DNA of 64,000 nt, from assembly GCA_963832205.1 (NCBI GenBank), contig CAWHTK010000005.1, forward strand, positions 44,318 to 108,317, read 5' to 3'. A program made the translations under genes and the position numbers. Shown in pieces: positions 28,586 to 40,027 of the stretch. This DNA comes from Blastocatellia bacterium. Lineage in GTDB: Bacteria; Acidobacteriota; Blastocatellia; UBA7656. The notes below the pieces were generated by a model that did no database searches, was not told where the DNA came from, and saw only the letters and a list, made by a program, of their open reading frames with translations. The stretch's first letter is position 1; every line of letters starts with the position of its first letter.

Positions 28586-28945
28586 ATGGCAAGAAAGACA
28601 AGCGAAGATATTCGAGAAGCGGTCCATAAGCGGATCAGGAGAAAAATACAGGGGAGCGAAGAGCGCCCGCGCCTGGCCATATTTCGCAGCGTCAATCACA
28701 TCTACGCCCAGGTCATCGACGATTCTAAAGGCGTGACGCTCGTGGCGGCTTCTACGACCGAGTCCGAATGGCGTGGCCGCACCGGCGGCAACATCGCGGC
28801 GGCCCGCGAGATCGGCAAGTCGATTGCCGAGCGCGCCAAAGCGAAGGGAATAAACCGCGTCGTCTTTGACCGCGGCGGTTACATATATCATGGTCGCGTG
28901 CGCAGCCTCGCCGAAGCCGCGCGCGAAGCCGGCCTGGAGTTCTGA
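28586..28945 (+). CDS. rplR: 50S ribosomal protein L18
   Basis: [46 protein letters not shown]... Confidence 0.95.
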   Translation: MARKTSEDIREAVHKRIRRKIQGSEERPRLAIFRSVNHIYAQVIDDSKGVTLVAASTTESEWRGRTGGNIAAAREIGKSIAERAKAKGINRVVFDRGGYIYHGRVRSLAEAAREAGLEF

Positions 28946-28949
28946 GATT

Positions 28950-29453
28950 ATGGAACGTATAGATGCGAACGGTCTTGATCTGAAGGATCAAGTCATATCA
29001 ATCAACCGAGTGACCAAGGTGGTTAAGGGCGGTAAGAACCTGTCATTTGCCGCGCTGGTGGTGGTCGGCAACGAGAATGGCATCGTGGGCTTCGGCTCAG
29101 GCAAGGCGCGCGAAGTCCCGCTCGCCATCAAAAAGGGGATAGAAGCGGCCAAGAAGAATCTCATACGGGTGCCGCTGGCGGGCCATACTATACCTCATCA
29201 GATCATCGGCCTGTTCGGGTCGGGGCGAGTAATGCTCAAGCCCGCGCCTGAAGGCACGGGCGTGATCGCGGGCGGAGCGGTCCGCGCCGTCATGCAACTG
29301 GTGGGCGTGCGCGATGTGGTCACAAAGTCTATCGGCACATCGAACCCTCATAACGTAATAAGGGCGACTTTCGAGGGGCTGCGCGATCTTAAGGACCCGG
29401 CGGTCGTCGCGCGGCTGCGCCGTCAGGCCATCGAAGAAGCACAGACGGCATAA
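28950..29453 (+). CDS. rpsE: 30S ribosomal protein S5
   Basis: [41 protein letters not shown]...; start inside ORF 28866-29453. Confidence 0.95.
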   Translation: MERIDANGLDLKDQVISINRVTKVVKGGKNLSFAALVVVGNENGIVGFGSGKAREVPLAIKKGIEAAKKNLIRVPLAGHTIPHQIIGLFGSGRVMLKPAPEGTGVIAGGAVRAVMQLVGVRDVVTKSIGTSNPHNVIRATFEGLRDLKDPAVVARLRRQAIEEAQTA

Positions 29454-29519
29454 CTCGAAGGACGAATTTGAGGTTTCAAATCTCAGATCGATCCTTCTGA
29501 ACGCGGAGGAGTCTTAACA

Positions 29520-29720
29520 ATGTCGGCCAATACGGAAGCAACCGGCCAGAAGATAAAGATACAGTGGTACCGCTCAACCATCGCGACACCGAAGGCGCAC
29601 AAGACTATAGTGCGTAGTCTCGGGCTTACGAAACTCAACCAGGTAGTTGAGCGCCCCGACACCCCCTCGATTCGCGGCATGGTCAAAAAGGTTCCGCACT
29701 TGTTGAGGATTATCGAATAG
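29520..29720 (+). CDS. rpmD: 50S ribosomal protein L30
   Basis: KIKIQWYRSTIATPKAHKTIVRSLGLTKLNQVVERPDTPSIRGMV... Confidence 0.9.
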   Translation: MSANTEATGQKIKIQWYRSTIATPKAHKTIVRSLGLTKLNQVVERPDTPSIRGMVKKVPHLLRIIE

Positions 29721-29732
29721 ATGTCGGGTGTC

Positions 29733-29785
29733 GGACGCCGCTTTGAGATTTGACTCTTTGGTTGAAATCTCAAAGCGGCGTCCGA
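29733..29785. repeat. Perfect 20-bp inverted repeat hairpin between rpmD and rplO
   Basis: CGGACGCCGCTTTGAGATTT (29733-29752) / loop gactctttggttg / AAATCTCAAAGCGGCGTCCG (29766-29785). Confidence 0.8.
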
Positions 29786-29806
29786 GTCCGCCATTCGGAG
29801 TCAATC

Positions 29807-30325
29807 ATGGCAATAGGCATACACAGCATCGGGGCGCCGAAAGGCGCGAATCGTAACAAGAAGCGGGTGGGGCGCGGTCCCGGCTCGGGGCTGGGCAAGA
29901 CGGCGGGGCGCGGCCACAAGGGGCAGAAATCGCGATCCGGTTATTCGAGCCGCCCTGGGTTTGAAGGCGGGCAGATGCCGCTGCAGCGGAGACTCCCGAA
30001 GCGCGGGTTCACCAACATCTTCAAGAAGCAGTGGCTCGAAGTGAAGCTGTCAGAGCTTGAGAAGAGGTTCGAGGCCGGCGAAGATATTACGCCGGAGCTT
30101 ATGAGCGAGCGCGGGATGATAAAGAAGAGTCACCTGACGCGCTTTTACGGCGTGGTTGTGCTCGGCGGCGGCGAGCTTACGAAGGCGCTCAACGTAACCG
30201 CGCATCGCTTCAGCCGCGGCGCGCGTGAGAAGATAGAAGGCGCGGGCGGACGGGCCACCCTTGTTGAGGGAGCGGCCTCGGCCGACGAATCGGCCGGCGA
30301 GGCTGCGCCGCAGACGGAACAATGA
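29807..30325 (+). CDS. rplO: 50S ribosomal protein L15
   Basis: [45 protein letters not shown]... Confidence 0.95.
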   Translation: MAIGIHSIGAPKGANRNKKRVGRGPGSGLGKTAGRGHKGQKSRSGYSSRPGFEGGQMPLQRRLPKRGFTNIFKKQWLEVKLSELEKRFEAGEDITPELMSERGMIKKSHLTRFYGVVVLGGGELTKALNVTAHRFSRGAREKIEGAGGRATLVEGAASADESAGEAAPQTEQ

Positions 30326-30415
30326 TAGATTAAATGGCGCGGGGCAAAAGCGGTTTTTCAGGCCCCGCTTTTGCCCGCCCGGGTTGTGTCATTGTAGTAA
30401 AGGGGTTTCAAGCTG

Positions 30416-31870
30416 ATGATCGAGAATTTCTTCAACAGTATTCGCAACGTCTTTTCCATTCCTGATCTGAGGAAGCGCGTGCTGTTCACCCTCTCCATGC
30501 TTGCGATCTACCGAATCGGGTCGCACGTTGACTCGCCGGGGCTTGACCGCACGGTGCTGGGGAATTTGTGGGAGACTGGCGCGCTGCACCAGAGCCTCGC
30601 CGGCGTCATGGACCTTTTTTCGGGGGGGAACTTTAAGGTCGTCTCGATCTTCGCGCTTGGGATCACTCCCTACATAACCGCTTCGATCATCCTGCAGTTG
30701 ATGACGGTCGTCAGCGCTCGCTTGAAAGCGCTTCAGGAAGAGGGCGAACTCGGCCGCCGCAAGATAAACCAGTACACGCGCTACCTGGCCGTCGTTCTGT
30801 GCGCCGTCCAATCCTTCGGCATCGCGGTATGGTTGCAGAACCAGTACGTCGGCGCGAGCCCGCTCGTCCCGAACCGGGGCATCGCCTTCGTCGCGATGAC
30901 GATGCTGACGCTTACGACCGGCACGACCTTCATAATGTGGCTCGGAGAGCAGATAACCGAGCGGGGCGTGGGCAACGGCATAAGCTTGATAATATTCGCG
31001 GGCATAGTGCTGAGACTGCCGTCGGCGGCCCAGACGGTTTACGAAAAGCTTGCCAGCGGGGGAACCGCGCAGGCGCTTGGCGTCATCCTGCTCGTGGTGG
31101 TGATGATATTCATCATCGCCGCGATAGTCTTCGTCGAGCGAGGCTTCCGCAAGATCCCGATCAATCACGCGCGCCGTCTGGTCGGTCGCCAGACCGTGCC
31201 GCAGCAGCAGACCCACATGCCGCTGAAGGTCAACATGGGCGGCGTCATCCCGGTGATCTTCGCGTCTTCCATCCTCGCCTTCCCGCAGACGATTCTGACC
31301 TTTGTCGTCAACGACCCGAATGCGACCGAAGGATGGCAGGGCTGGCTCGTGCGCCTGGCGAGCGAGGTGAGCGGGCAGGGCCATCCGCTCCATTATCTGA
31401 TTTACTCGGCCGCGATCATATTCTTCACCTTCTTCTACGTGTCGATCATCTTCAACACGGACGAAGTGGCGAACAATCTGCGCAAGAACGGCGCGTTCAT
31501 TCCCGGCATACGACCCGGCAAGCGCACGGCCGATTACCTGAACGAAATCCTGACGCGGCTTACGACCGTGGGCGCGCTCTACCTGGCGGTCGTGGCGTTG
31601 CTGCCGCAGTTCCTGCTATCGGGCTTCCAGTTCCAGTACCTGCCGTTCATAGGGCCATCGCTTGATGAGATGCTTAGGGGAAACCCGATCACGGCGTGGA
31701 TGGCCACCGGCATCGGCGTAGATTTCTTCTTCGGCGGGACGAGTCTGCTGATCGTAATAGGCGTGGCGATGGACACGATGAACCAGATCGAATCCCAGCT
31801 CATAATGCGCCACTACGACGGGTTCCTCGGGCCGCGCGGGCGCAGGTTGCGGGGCCGCCGCAGCTTCTAG
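30416..31870 (+). CDS. secY: Preprotein translocase subunit SecY
   Basis: 484 aa, 10 TM segments; [26 protein letters not shown]...; GCGGGGCAAAAGCGG...CCGCTTTTGCCC hairpin in the 90-nt spacer upstream. Confidence 0.97.
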   Translation: MIENFFNSIRNVFSIPDLRKRVLFTLSMLAIYRIGSHVDSPGLDRTVLGNLWETGALHQSLAGVMDLFSGGNFKVVSIFALGITPYITASIILQLMTVVSARLKALQEEGELGRRKINQYTRYLAVVLCAVQSFGIAVWLQNQYVGASPLVPNRGIAFVAMTMLTLTTGTTFIMWLGEQITERGVGNGISLIIFAGIVLRLPSAAQTVYEKLASGGTAQALGVILLVVVMIFIIAAIVFVERGFRKIPINHARRLVGRQTVPQQQTHMPLKVNMGGVIPVIFASSILAFPQTILTFVVNDPNATEGWQGWLVRLASEVSGQGHPLHYLIYSAAIIFFTFFYVSIIFNTDEVANNLRKNGAFIPGIRPGKRTADYLNEILTRLTTVGALYLAVVALLPQFLLSGFQFQYLPFIGPSLDEMLRGNPITAWMATGIGVDFFFGGTSLLIVIGVAMDTMNQIESQLIMRHYDGFLGPRGRRLRGRRSF

Positions 31871-31879
31871 CGAGGGCTT

Positions 31880-32578
31880 ATGCCGGAAATCATTGTCTTG
31901 ATGGGGCCACAAGGTGCGGGCAAGGGGACGCAGGCCAAGGCGCTGGCCGACCGATTAAACCTCCGAATAATCGCGACCGGAGACATGCTGCGCGAGATCG
32001 CGCAGGATGATACGCCGCTGGGGCGTCAGGTGCGCGAGGTACAGGCCGCGGGACAGCTTGTTTCCGACGACATATTGGCGGAAGTCGTGCGCGAGCGGCT
32101 CTGCCGCAGCGATTGCGAAGGCGGCTGCGTTCTCGACGGTTTCCCGAGGACGCTCCCGCAGGCGCGGTTGCTTGAGCAAATCGCCCAGGAGCGCGGCGCC
32201 CGCCTCGTCCCAATTGAAATAGGAGTCCCACGCGACATGCTCTTTAAACGGCTGACGGGGCGGCGGACCTGCTCGGCTTGCGGAGCGACGTATCACGTCG
32301 ACTTCAAGCCGCCGCGGGAGCGGGACGTCTGCGATCTGGATGGCTCGCCGTTATTTGTCCGCTCAGACGATACGGAAGACGCCATCAGGCAGCGGCTCGC
32401 GCTTTACGACGAAAAGACCCGGCCTATTCTCGATTACTACGCAGAGTCGGGCCGACTCTTGAATGTCAACGGCACCGGGACGCCGGACGATGTGGCCGAC
32501 CGCATCGCTTCCGTAATCAGAAGGCAGGGCGCGGCGGAAGGCGAGCGCCGGCTGGCGAATGAAGATTTGCAAAGCTGA
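31880..32578 (+). CDS. adk: Adenylate kinase (LID with Cys3-Asp metal site)
   Basis: MPEIIVLMGPQGAGKGTQAKALADRL... LID CSACGATYHV...CDLDGSPL. Confidence 0.95.
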   Translation: MPEIIVLMGPQGAGKGTQAKALADRLNLRIIATGDMLREIAQDDTPLGRQVREVQAAGQLVSDDILAEVVRERLCRSDCEGGCVLDGFPRTLPQARLLEQIAQERGARLVPIEIGVPRDMLFKRLTGRRTCSACGATYHVDFKPPRERDVCDLDGSPLFVRSDDTEDAIRQRLALYDEKTRPILDYYAESGRLLNVNGTGTPDDVADRIASVIRRQGAAEGERRLANEDLQS

Positions 32579-32596
32579 TGACTCGCCGGGGCGCGG

Positions 32597-33370
32597 GTGG
32601 ATTTTATGATCATCCGAAAATCAAAGGCCGAAATCGAAAAGATGCGCCATGCCGGTCAGATCGTGGCGCGGGTTTTGAGGCGACTCTCCTCTATGGTCGA
32701 GCCCGGCATCACGACGCAGGAACTCGATTTTGAGGCCGAGCGAATGATCCGCGAGGCAGGCGCCGTCCCTACCTTCAAGGGGTATCACGGCTACCCGGCT
32801 TCGATATGCGCGTCGGTCAATGACGAGGTGGTCCACGGGATTCCGGGCAACCGCAAGCTCCGCGAGGGCGACATTATCGGGATAGATTGCGGGGCCACAT
32901 ACCTGGGGTACGTGGGCGATTCGGCCGTCACTGTTCCGGTCGGCCATGTGAATGACGAAGTTACGCGGTTGATGGACGTCACCCGCGAATCGCTTCAACA
33001 GGCGATAGAGAAGTGCCGCGTCGGCAACCGGCTCGGGGATGTATGTAACGCCGTGCAGGCATATGTGGAACCGCAGGGGTATTCGGTCGTAAGAAACTAC
33101 TGCGGTCACGGGATAGGTCGCGCCATGCACGAAGAGCCGCAGATCCCGAACTACGGCAGGCCCGGGACCGGCCCGATCCTGCGCGAAGGCTGGGTAATTG
33201 CCATCGAGCCGATGATCAACCTCGGGCGTCACGACGTAAAGGTTCTGGCTGATGGCTGGACCGTGATTACGCTGGACGGGAGGCCCTCGGCCCACTTCGA
33301 GCACACGGTGGCGATCACCGCGGACGGTCCGCAGGTCTTAACCGCGCTCGATCACGCGGCGCAGGGCTGA
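32597..33370 (+). CDS. map: Methionine aminopeptidase type I
   Basis: ...[23 protein letters not shown]...[17 protein letters not shown]... Confidence 0.95.
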   Translation: MDFMIIRKSKAEIEKMRHAGQIVARVLRRLSSMVEPGITTQELDFEAERMIREAGAVPTFKGYHGYPASICASVNDEVVHGIPGNRKLREGDIIGIDCGATYLGYVGDSAVTVPVGHVNDEVTRLMDVTRESLQQAIEKCRVGNRLGDVCNAVQAYVEPQGYSVVRNYCGHGIGRAMHEEPQIPNYGRPGTGPILREGWVIAIEPMINLGRHDVKVLADGWTVITLDGRPSAHFEHTVAITADGPQVLTALDHAAQG

Positions 33371-33469
33371 CGCGCGGTTGCGCCATGAGAGATCGAATGT
33401 TAAAATAACTGTTTCTTGTGCGCGAGATTTTCTTATCCTATCGCTTATGTCACGGGAAGGAAGAGTGAG

Positions 33470-33583
33470 ATGAAAGTCAGGGCATCAGTAAAGAAAATGT
33501 GTGATAACTGCAAGATCATCCACCGCCGAGGCGTGGTTCGGGTGATCTGCACCAACCCGAAGCATAAACAGCGTCAAGGGTAA
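33470..33583 (+). CDS. rpmJ: 50S ribosomal protein L36 (37 aa; absent from ORF track because below the length cutoff)
   Basis: Manual translation [37 protein letters not shown], preceded by GGAAGGAAGAG SD. Confidence 0.85.
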   Translation: MKVRASVKKMCDNCKIIHRRGVVRVICTNPKHKQRQG

Positions 33584-33601
33584 GCAGCTTACGGAGGAGC
33601 G

Positions 33602-33985
33602 ATGGCACGCATATCAGGTGTAAACCTGCCGGCGAATAAGAGGGCCGAGATCGGTCTTACATACATTTATGGGATCGGGCGTTCGCGCGCCAACAAGATA
33701 CTCGAAGAGGCCGGGGTTAGCATTGACAAGCGGGTTCGCGAGTTGAGCGAAGAGGAAGTCAATCGCATCCGCGGCGTAATTGATCAGCAGGGGATGGTCG
33801 AAGGCGATCTTCGCAAGCAGATCCAGATGGATATCAAGCGGTTGATGGACATAGGCTGCTACCGCGGCCTGCGCCATCGTCGCGGGCTTCCCGTCCGCGG
33901 CCAGCGCACGCACACAAACGCGCGCACCCGGAAGGGACCGCGCCGCGCCACCATCGCCAAGAAGAAAGCACCCGGCAAGAAGTAA
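33602..33985 (+). CDS. rpsM: 30S ribosomal protein S13
   Basis: [35 protein letters not shown]... Confidence 0.95.
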   Translation: MARISGVNLPANKRAEIGLTYIYGIGRSRANKILEEAGVSIDKRVRELSEEEVNRIRGVIDQQGMVEGDLRKQIQMDIKRLMDIGCYRGLRHRRGLPVRGQRTHTNARTRKGPRRATIAKKKAPGKK

Positions 33986-34055
33986 GACCTGAGCGATGAG
34001 GGCCGAGTAAAAGGATAAACGCTCGGTCCTTCGTTCTTCAGCACTCGGAAGGATT
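33986..34055. repeat. Hairpin element (GACCTGAGCGATGAGGGCCGAG family) plus conserved leader CAGCACTCGGAAGGATTATGGC upstream of rpsK
   Basis: cctgagcgatgagggccgag...ctcggtcc hairpin; the 3' part tcagcactcggaagg(a)ttatggcaa is near-identical to the sequence upstream of rpsS (23112-23145). Confidence 0.55.
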
Positions 34056-34463
34056 ATGGCAAAAGCACAAGCAAAAGGCGGAAAGAAGAAGACCTTCAAA
34101 CGCAAAGAGCGGCGTTCCGTGCCACAGGGGATAGTCCACATACAGGCAAGCTTTAATAACACGCTTGTTTCGATCACCGACCTGGAAGGCAATCTCATCA
34201 GCCAGTCTTCGTCCGGGGCTCTCGGCTTTCACGGCTCTCGCAAGGGGACCCCGTTTGCGGCCCAGCAGGCCGCGAGCCGCGCCGCCCAGGCCGCGCGCGA
34301 TGTCGGCATGCATTCGGCCGAGGTCCGCGTCAAAGGGCCCGGTTCGGGGCGCGAGTCCGCCGTCAGGGCGATCCAGTCGTCGGGCATCAACGTGTCGGTC
34401 ATTCGCGACGTGACGCCGATCCCGCACAATGGATGCCGGCCGCCCAAACGCCGCAGAGTATAA
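34056..34463 (+). CDS. rpsK: 30S ribosomal protein S11
   Basis: [46 protein letters not shown]... Confidence 0.95.
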   Translation: MAKAQAKGGKKKTFKRKERRSVPQGIVHIQASFNNTLVSITDLEGNLISQSSSGALGFHGSRKGTPFAAQQAASRAAQAARDVGMHSAEVRVKGPGSGRESAVRAIQSSGINVSVIRDVTPIPHNGCRPPKRRRV

Positions 34464-34664
34464 CTATTCTTTTCGGGCCCAGGTAGATGACGCACCGCCT
34501 CGGCCCGGTCTCATTAAAGGCTCAAGCGTAATCTTGCGCTTTAAAGGAAGAAGGGCATTCAATCGATGATAGCGGAGAGCAATCCGCGGATCGCATGCCT
34601 GTAAACTTTTGCTTGCCGCACATCAACTTTTGATCTGCGGCGATAGTAGATGGAGGGATAAGAG
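34464..34664 (+). promoter_or_regulatory. 200-nt untranslated leader upstream of rpsD (possible S4 autoregulatory leader)
   Basis: Unusually long spacer inside the alpha operon with no ORF; by analogy with S4-regulated leaders. Confidence 0.3.
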
Positions 34665-35303
34665 TTGGCTAGATATCGTGGGCCGGTGTGCCGCTTGTGC
34701 CGCCGGGAAGGTCTGAAGCTTTTTTTAAAGGGCGAGCGCTGCTATAAGCCGAGCTGCCCAATCGAGAAACGCGGCACCCAGCCGCCCGGCCAGCACGGCC
34801 GTAACGTTCGCCGCGCGAAGCTAGTCGGCTACGGCGAACAGCTCCGCGAAAAGCAGAAGGTCAAGCGAATATACGGGATGCTGGAGCGCCAGTTCCGGCT
34901 CTACTTCGAGCGCGCCGTTCGCATGAAAGGCGTGACGGGCGAGAACCTGCTCGCGCTGCTTGAGCGCCGTCTCGATAATGTGGTTTATCGCCTTGGCCTC
35001 GCCACCTCGCGCCCGCAGGCGCGCCAGCTCGTCAATCACGGCCACATCCTTGTCAATGGAAAGAAAGTCGATATACCGAGCTTTCAGGTCAAAATCGGCG
35101 ACGAGGTTTCGGTGGCCGAAGGCAGTCGCTCCAACGGTCACATCGAAAGCGCCTGGCAGACAGCTTCGGGCCGCGGCCGGCCGGGCTGGCTCGAAATCCT
35201 ATCGCAGGATGGCATGCGCGGCCGCGTGAGCGCACTGCCGAGGCGCGAAGATATAGGCCAGAACATAAATGAACAACTTATCGTCGAGCTTTATTCGAAG
35301 TAG
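34665..35303 (+). CDS. rpsD: 30S ribosomal protein S4 (non-ATG start)
   Basis: (L/M)[36 protein letters not shown]... Confidence 0.95.
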   Translation: MARYRGPVCRLCRREGLKLFLKGERCYKPSCPIEKRGTQPPGQHGRNVRRAKLVGYGEQLREKQKVKRIYGMLERQFRLYFERAVRMKGVTGENLLALLERRLDNVVYRLGLATSRPQARQLVNHGHILVNGKKVDIPSFQVKIGDEVSVAEGSRSNGHIESAWQTASGRGRPGWLEILSQDGMRGRVSALPRREDIGQNINEQLIVELYSK

Positions 35304-35405
35304 CCGTTGAAGGTTCCAAGGAGCAGGTTACAGGGCGCGGGGACCGTATGCTCCCCACTCTGTCATCTGTAACCTGTCACCTCTAACCTTATTTGAGAGG
35401 AAGCA

Positions 35406-36416
<1,011 letters not shown>

Positions 36417-36503
36417 AAAAAATACCGGGTCGCGGGCATTGCCTGATGAGTCAACTCATCGAGCAATATTCGCGACCCGACCTTGATTTATAAGAGGCTT
36501 GAT

Positions 36504-37157
36504 ATGCGACATAAAGTGGCTCATAGAAAACTGGGGCGCACCAGCGAGCACCGGCGCGCGCTGCTGCGCAACCTCTGCTCGTCGCTCATCGTCAACGAGC
36601 GGCTAATAACAACGCTTCCGAAAGCCAAAGAGCTTCGGCCTTTTGCCGAGCGCGCCATCACGCTGGGCAAGCGTGCGCTTCAGGCGGATGCTCCGGAGGC
36701 CGCGCTGCATGCGCGACGCCTTGCCGCCGCGTACTTTTACACCGGCAACACCAATCGCATACCAGACGGCGGCTACAAGCGCCCGCGCGCCCCGCGAACC
36801 GGCGGGATCGCGGCGCTGGAAAAGCTGTTCGGTGACATCGCGACGCGTTTTGCGGACAGACCCGGAGGGTACACCCGAATCCTGAAGCTCGGCGCGCGGC
36901 GCGGCGACGGCGCGGAGATGGCGCTGATCGAACTGATCGGCAGCGATCAGAAGGCTCCGGTCAAAGAAGATAATAAAGAAGAGAAGAAGGGCCGCCGCCT
37001 CTTCGGTCGTCGCAAGAAGGCTGAGCTTAAAGAGGGCGTCCCCCAGGAACAGCCCGCAAAGAAATCGGCCGCGGCCGGCAAGAGCGGGGGCAAGAAACAG
37101 GGTCAGGGCGAAGCCAAGCCTAAAGCGCGGCGGGCTAAGAAGGAAGAGAGCAAGTAG
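36504..37157 (+). CDS. rplQ: 50S ribosomal protein L17 with ~80-aa Lys/Glu/Ala-rich C-terminal tail
   Basis: [49 protein letters not shown]...; tail ...[57 protein letters not shown]. Confidence 0.9.
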   Translation: MRHKVAHRKLGRTSEHRRALLRNLCSSLIVNERLITTLPKAKELRPFAERAITLGKRALQADAPEAALHARRLAAAYFYTGNTNRIPDGGYKRPRAPRTGGIAALEKLFGDIATRFADRPGGYTRILKLGARRGDGAEMALIELIGSDQKAPVKEDNKEEKKGRRLFGRRKKAELKEGVPQEQPAKKSAAAGKSGGKKQGQGEAKPKARRAKKEESK

Positions 37158-37318
37158 TTGCGCTCGCTTCACTGGTGCTTGCGAGAGCCTCAGCCGTGTA
37201 TGGTTGAGGCTTTCGTTTGTTTTGGTGGCGCGGTATAGTTTCTGGTCTCCGGCCGGTGGTTCGAGAGGCGGGCCACAGGCTTGAGGCCAGAAGAGAGAGA
37301 CTAAATCGTGAGGCCGGC

Positions 37319-37801
37319 ATGAATTTGAAAGAACTCAAAGAACTGATCGAGCTTATCAGTGAGAAAGGGTTTGCGGAGTTCGAGATCGAGCGCCAGGGGT
37401 TTCGCTTGCGAATCTGCCGCTTCCAGGAGGCGGCGCCACAACTTTTTCAGCCTGCGCCCGCCCCGGTCATAATCTCTCAGGCGATACCCGCCGGCGCGCC
37501 CGTCATGCACGAGCCCGGAAAACAAGAGACGCCGCCACCCGCACAGCCTGAGCCCGCGCCACAACTCCACGTCATCAAGTCGCCCATCGTAGGGACGTTT
37601 TATCGCTCGCCTTCGCCGTCAAGCCCGCCATTCGTAAACGTCGGCGACCGCATCGAGCCGGAAACGGTCGTCTGTATCATCGAAGCGATGAAGCTTATGA
37701 ACGAGATACAGGCCGAGATAAGCGGCGTGATCGCGGAAATCTACCCCCAGAACGGGCAGGCGGTCGAGTATGGCCAGCCGCTGTTCGGGATAAAAACCTA
37801 G
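37319..37801 (+). CDS. accB: Biotin carboxyl carrier protein of acetyl-CoA carboxylase
   Basis: Pro/Ala-rich linker then biotinyl domain [20 protein letters not shown]. Confidence 0.9.
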   Translation: MNLKELKELIELISEKGFAEFEIERQGFRLRICRFQEAAPQLFQPAPAPVIISQAIPAGAPVMHEPGKQETPPPAQPEPAPQLHVIKSPIVGTFYRSPSPSSPPFVNVGDRIEPETVVCIIEAMKLMNEIQAEISGVIAEIYPQNGQAVEYGQPLFGIKT

Positions 37802-37884
37802 AAGTCAGGAGTCAGAATAAAAGAAAAAGCGTTTCGCGCTGACTTCATTTTCATTCTGTCTTCTGAATTCTGACTCCTGACTCC
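37801..37884. repeat. 18-bp inverted repeat GAAGTCAGGAGTCAGAAT / ATTCTGACTCCTGACTCC hairpin between accB and accC
   Basis: 17/18 complementary arms at 37801-37818 and 37867-37884; same motif family as 21064-21180. Confidence 0.75.
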
Positions 37885-37896
37885 CGACCATATCAT

Positions 37897-39289
37897 ATGT
37901 TCAAGAAGATTCTCATAGCGAACCGCGGGGAGATAGCGACACGCATAATATGGGCCTGCAAAGAGCTGGGCATAAAGACCGTCGCGATTCACTCGGAAGC
38001 GGACCGGGACTCCCTGCATGTGCGCTTCGCCGACGAGGCGATCTGCATCGGGCCGCCCCCGTCGTCTAAGAGTTACCTGAACATCCCCTCGGTCATCTCG
38101 GCCGCCGAAATCAGCAATGTCGATGCCATTCACCCCGGCTACGGATTTCTGGCCGAAAATGCTTACTTCGCCGAGGTGTGCGAAGCATGCAATATAAAAT
38201 TCATTGGCCCAACCCCCGACAGCATTCGCCTGATGGGCGATAAGGCCCAGGCGCGCGCCGCGATGAAGCAGGCAGGGGTGCCGATCACGCCCGGGTTCGA
38301 CGGCATAATCGAGGACGAAGATCAGGCGGTTGGAGATAGCCGAACAGATCGGCTATCCCGTCATCATAAAGGCTTCGGCCGGGGGCGGCGGGCGCGGCAT
38401 GCGCATAGTCCGCGATCGCGGAGAATTGCTCGCCGATTTACCGGCGGCCCAGCACGAGGCGCAGCTCGCCTTCAATAACCCCGCGGTCTACATAGAAAAA
38501 TATATCGAGGTCGCGCGCCATATAGAGATACAGGTCCTCGGCGATGTGCACGGAAACGTCGTGCATCTTGGCGAGCGCGAATGCTCGATACAGCGCCGCC
38601 ACCAGAAGCTGATCGAAGAGTCGCCTTCGCCCGCGCTTACGTCGGAACTCAGACAGCAGATGGGCGAGGTGGCCATGCGAGCCTGCCGCGAGATAGGCTA
38701 CGTCAGCGCCGGCACGATGGAATTCTTGCTTGACGAGAACTCGAACTTTTACTTCATGGAGATGAACACTCGCATACAGGTCGAGCACCCGGTGACCGAG
38801 ATGGTCACCAACACCGACCTCGTGCGCGAGCAGATACTGGTCGCGGCGGGCGAGCGATTGGAGTTCGGCCAGGAGGATATAGTCTTTAGCGGCCACGCCA
38901 TCGAGTGCCGCATCAATGCCGAATCGCCTCTGACCTACGCCCCGTCGCCGGGGTTAATCACCGCGATGAATCTCCCCGGGGGGCCGGGCGTGCGAGTCGA
39001 TACAGCGGCCTACCCCGGCTGGTTCGTGCCGCCGCATTACGATTCGTTAATCGCGAAGCTCATAGTTCACCATCGCACACGCGAGATGGCGATAGCGCGT
39101 ATGAAGCGCGCGCTTGAGGCTTTCATCGTCGAGGGCATCGAGACATCAGTCCAATTGCACCAGCGCATCCTCTCCGACCCTGATTTCGTGGCAGGACGCC
39201 TGTCAACAAAATTCATGGAGCGATTTATCGCCCCTCGACCCGCCGGCAAGGGGCGGGCGCAAGAGGCGTCACTGGGCGTCCCCGAATAA
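37897..39289 (+). CDS. accC: Biotin carboxylase; frame broken by 1-nt indel near 38320-38330
   Basis: ORF 37897-38478 = [42 protein letters not shown]... to ...IEDEDQAV, then out of frame. ORF 38330-39289 = [26 protein letters not shown]... Removing one g from gcggttggagatagcc gives AVEIAEQ and a contiguous ~450-aa AccC. Confidence 0.9.
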
Positions 39290-39295
39290 TCGCAA

Positions 39296-39916
39296 ATGCT
39301 CGCCTCACTCCCCAGGCTTTATCCAATAACCGACACCCGGCAATCGGGACTCTCGCACGCGGAGCAGGTCCGGAGGCTGGCGGCGTCGGGCGCGACCCTT
39401 GTGCAGTTGCGCGAAAAGCATGCCTCGCCGCGAGAGTTTTACGCCGAAGCGCTCAGCGCCGTTCAAGCGGCAAGGAGTCTGGGCGTGCAGATAATAATAA
39501 ACGACCGGGTCAACATCGCCATCGCCGTCAAAGCAGATGGCGTTCACCTCGGGCAGGAGGATCTGCCCCCGAGTAAGGCGCGGTTGCTGCTGGGCGACAG
39601 CGCGATCATAGGCTACTCCACTCACAGCTTGAAACAGGCCATGGAAGCCAGTTTCGAGCCGGTCGATTATGTAGCCATCGGTCCCGTGTTTCAGACCGGT
39701 ACCAAAGAGAACCCCGACCCGGTGGTCGGGCTCGAGGGGTTGGCCGAGGTAAGACCGCGAGTATCTGTGCCGCTTGTCGCAATCGGTGGCATCACCCTTG
39801 ACCGCGCGCGCGCTGTGATCGAGGCCGGGGCCGATAGCCTCGCCGTAATATCCGACCTCTATCGTACGAGAGATATCGAAGGCCGGGTGCGCGCTTATTT
39901 GCAAGAGCTCGCCTGA
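39296..39916 (+). CDS. thiE: Thiamine-phosphate synthase
   Basis: ...RLYPITDTRQ...GATLVQLREKH...IIINDRVNIAIAVKADGVHLGQEDL... Confidence 0.8.
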   Translation: MLASLPRLYPITDTRQSGLSHAEQVRRLAASGATLVQLREKHASPREFYAEALSAVQAARSLGVQIIINDRVNIAIAVKADGVHLGQEDLPPSKARLLLGDSAIIGYSTHSLKQAMEASFEPVDYVAIGPVFQTGTKENPDPVVGLEGLAEVRPRVSVPLVAIGGITLDRARAVIEAGADSLAVISDLYRTRDIEGRVRAYLQELA

Positions 39917-39950
39917 GATTATCCTGGCCGCCGCCGCCGCCATAATCATA

Positions 39951-39994
39951 AAAAGCGAAGGGCCGGAACACTGTTCCGGCCCTTCGCTTTTCTC
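39951..39994. terminator. Bidirectional intrinsic terminator between convergent thiE and the DUF1573 gene
   Basis: AAAAGCGAAGGGCCGGAACA c TGTTCCGGCCCTTCGCTTTTCTC: 16-bp perfect stem, A-tract 5' and T-tract 3'. Confidence 0.8.
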
Positions 39995-40027
39995 GCTATA
40001 CCCTATGATCTTTTGCCAGACGGAGTA

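Noticed and set aside
30389-31665. ORFs 30389-31393 (minus) and 30799-31665 (plus, alternative frame) within secY
   Set aside because: The sense-frame translation is a canonical 10-TM SecY. The alternatives are Arg/Asp/His-rich artefacts.
34464-34664. Possible small ncRNA or riboswitch in the 200-nt rpsK-rpsD spacer
   Set aside because: No recognisable riboswitch consensus by eye. It is most parsimoniously an S4-regulated mRNA leader and is kept only as a low-confidence regulatory feature.
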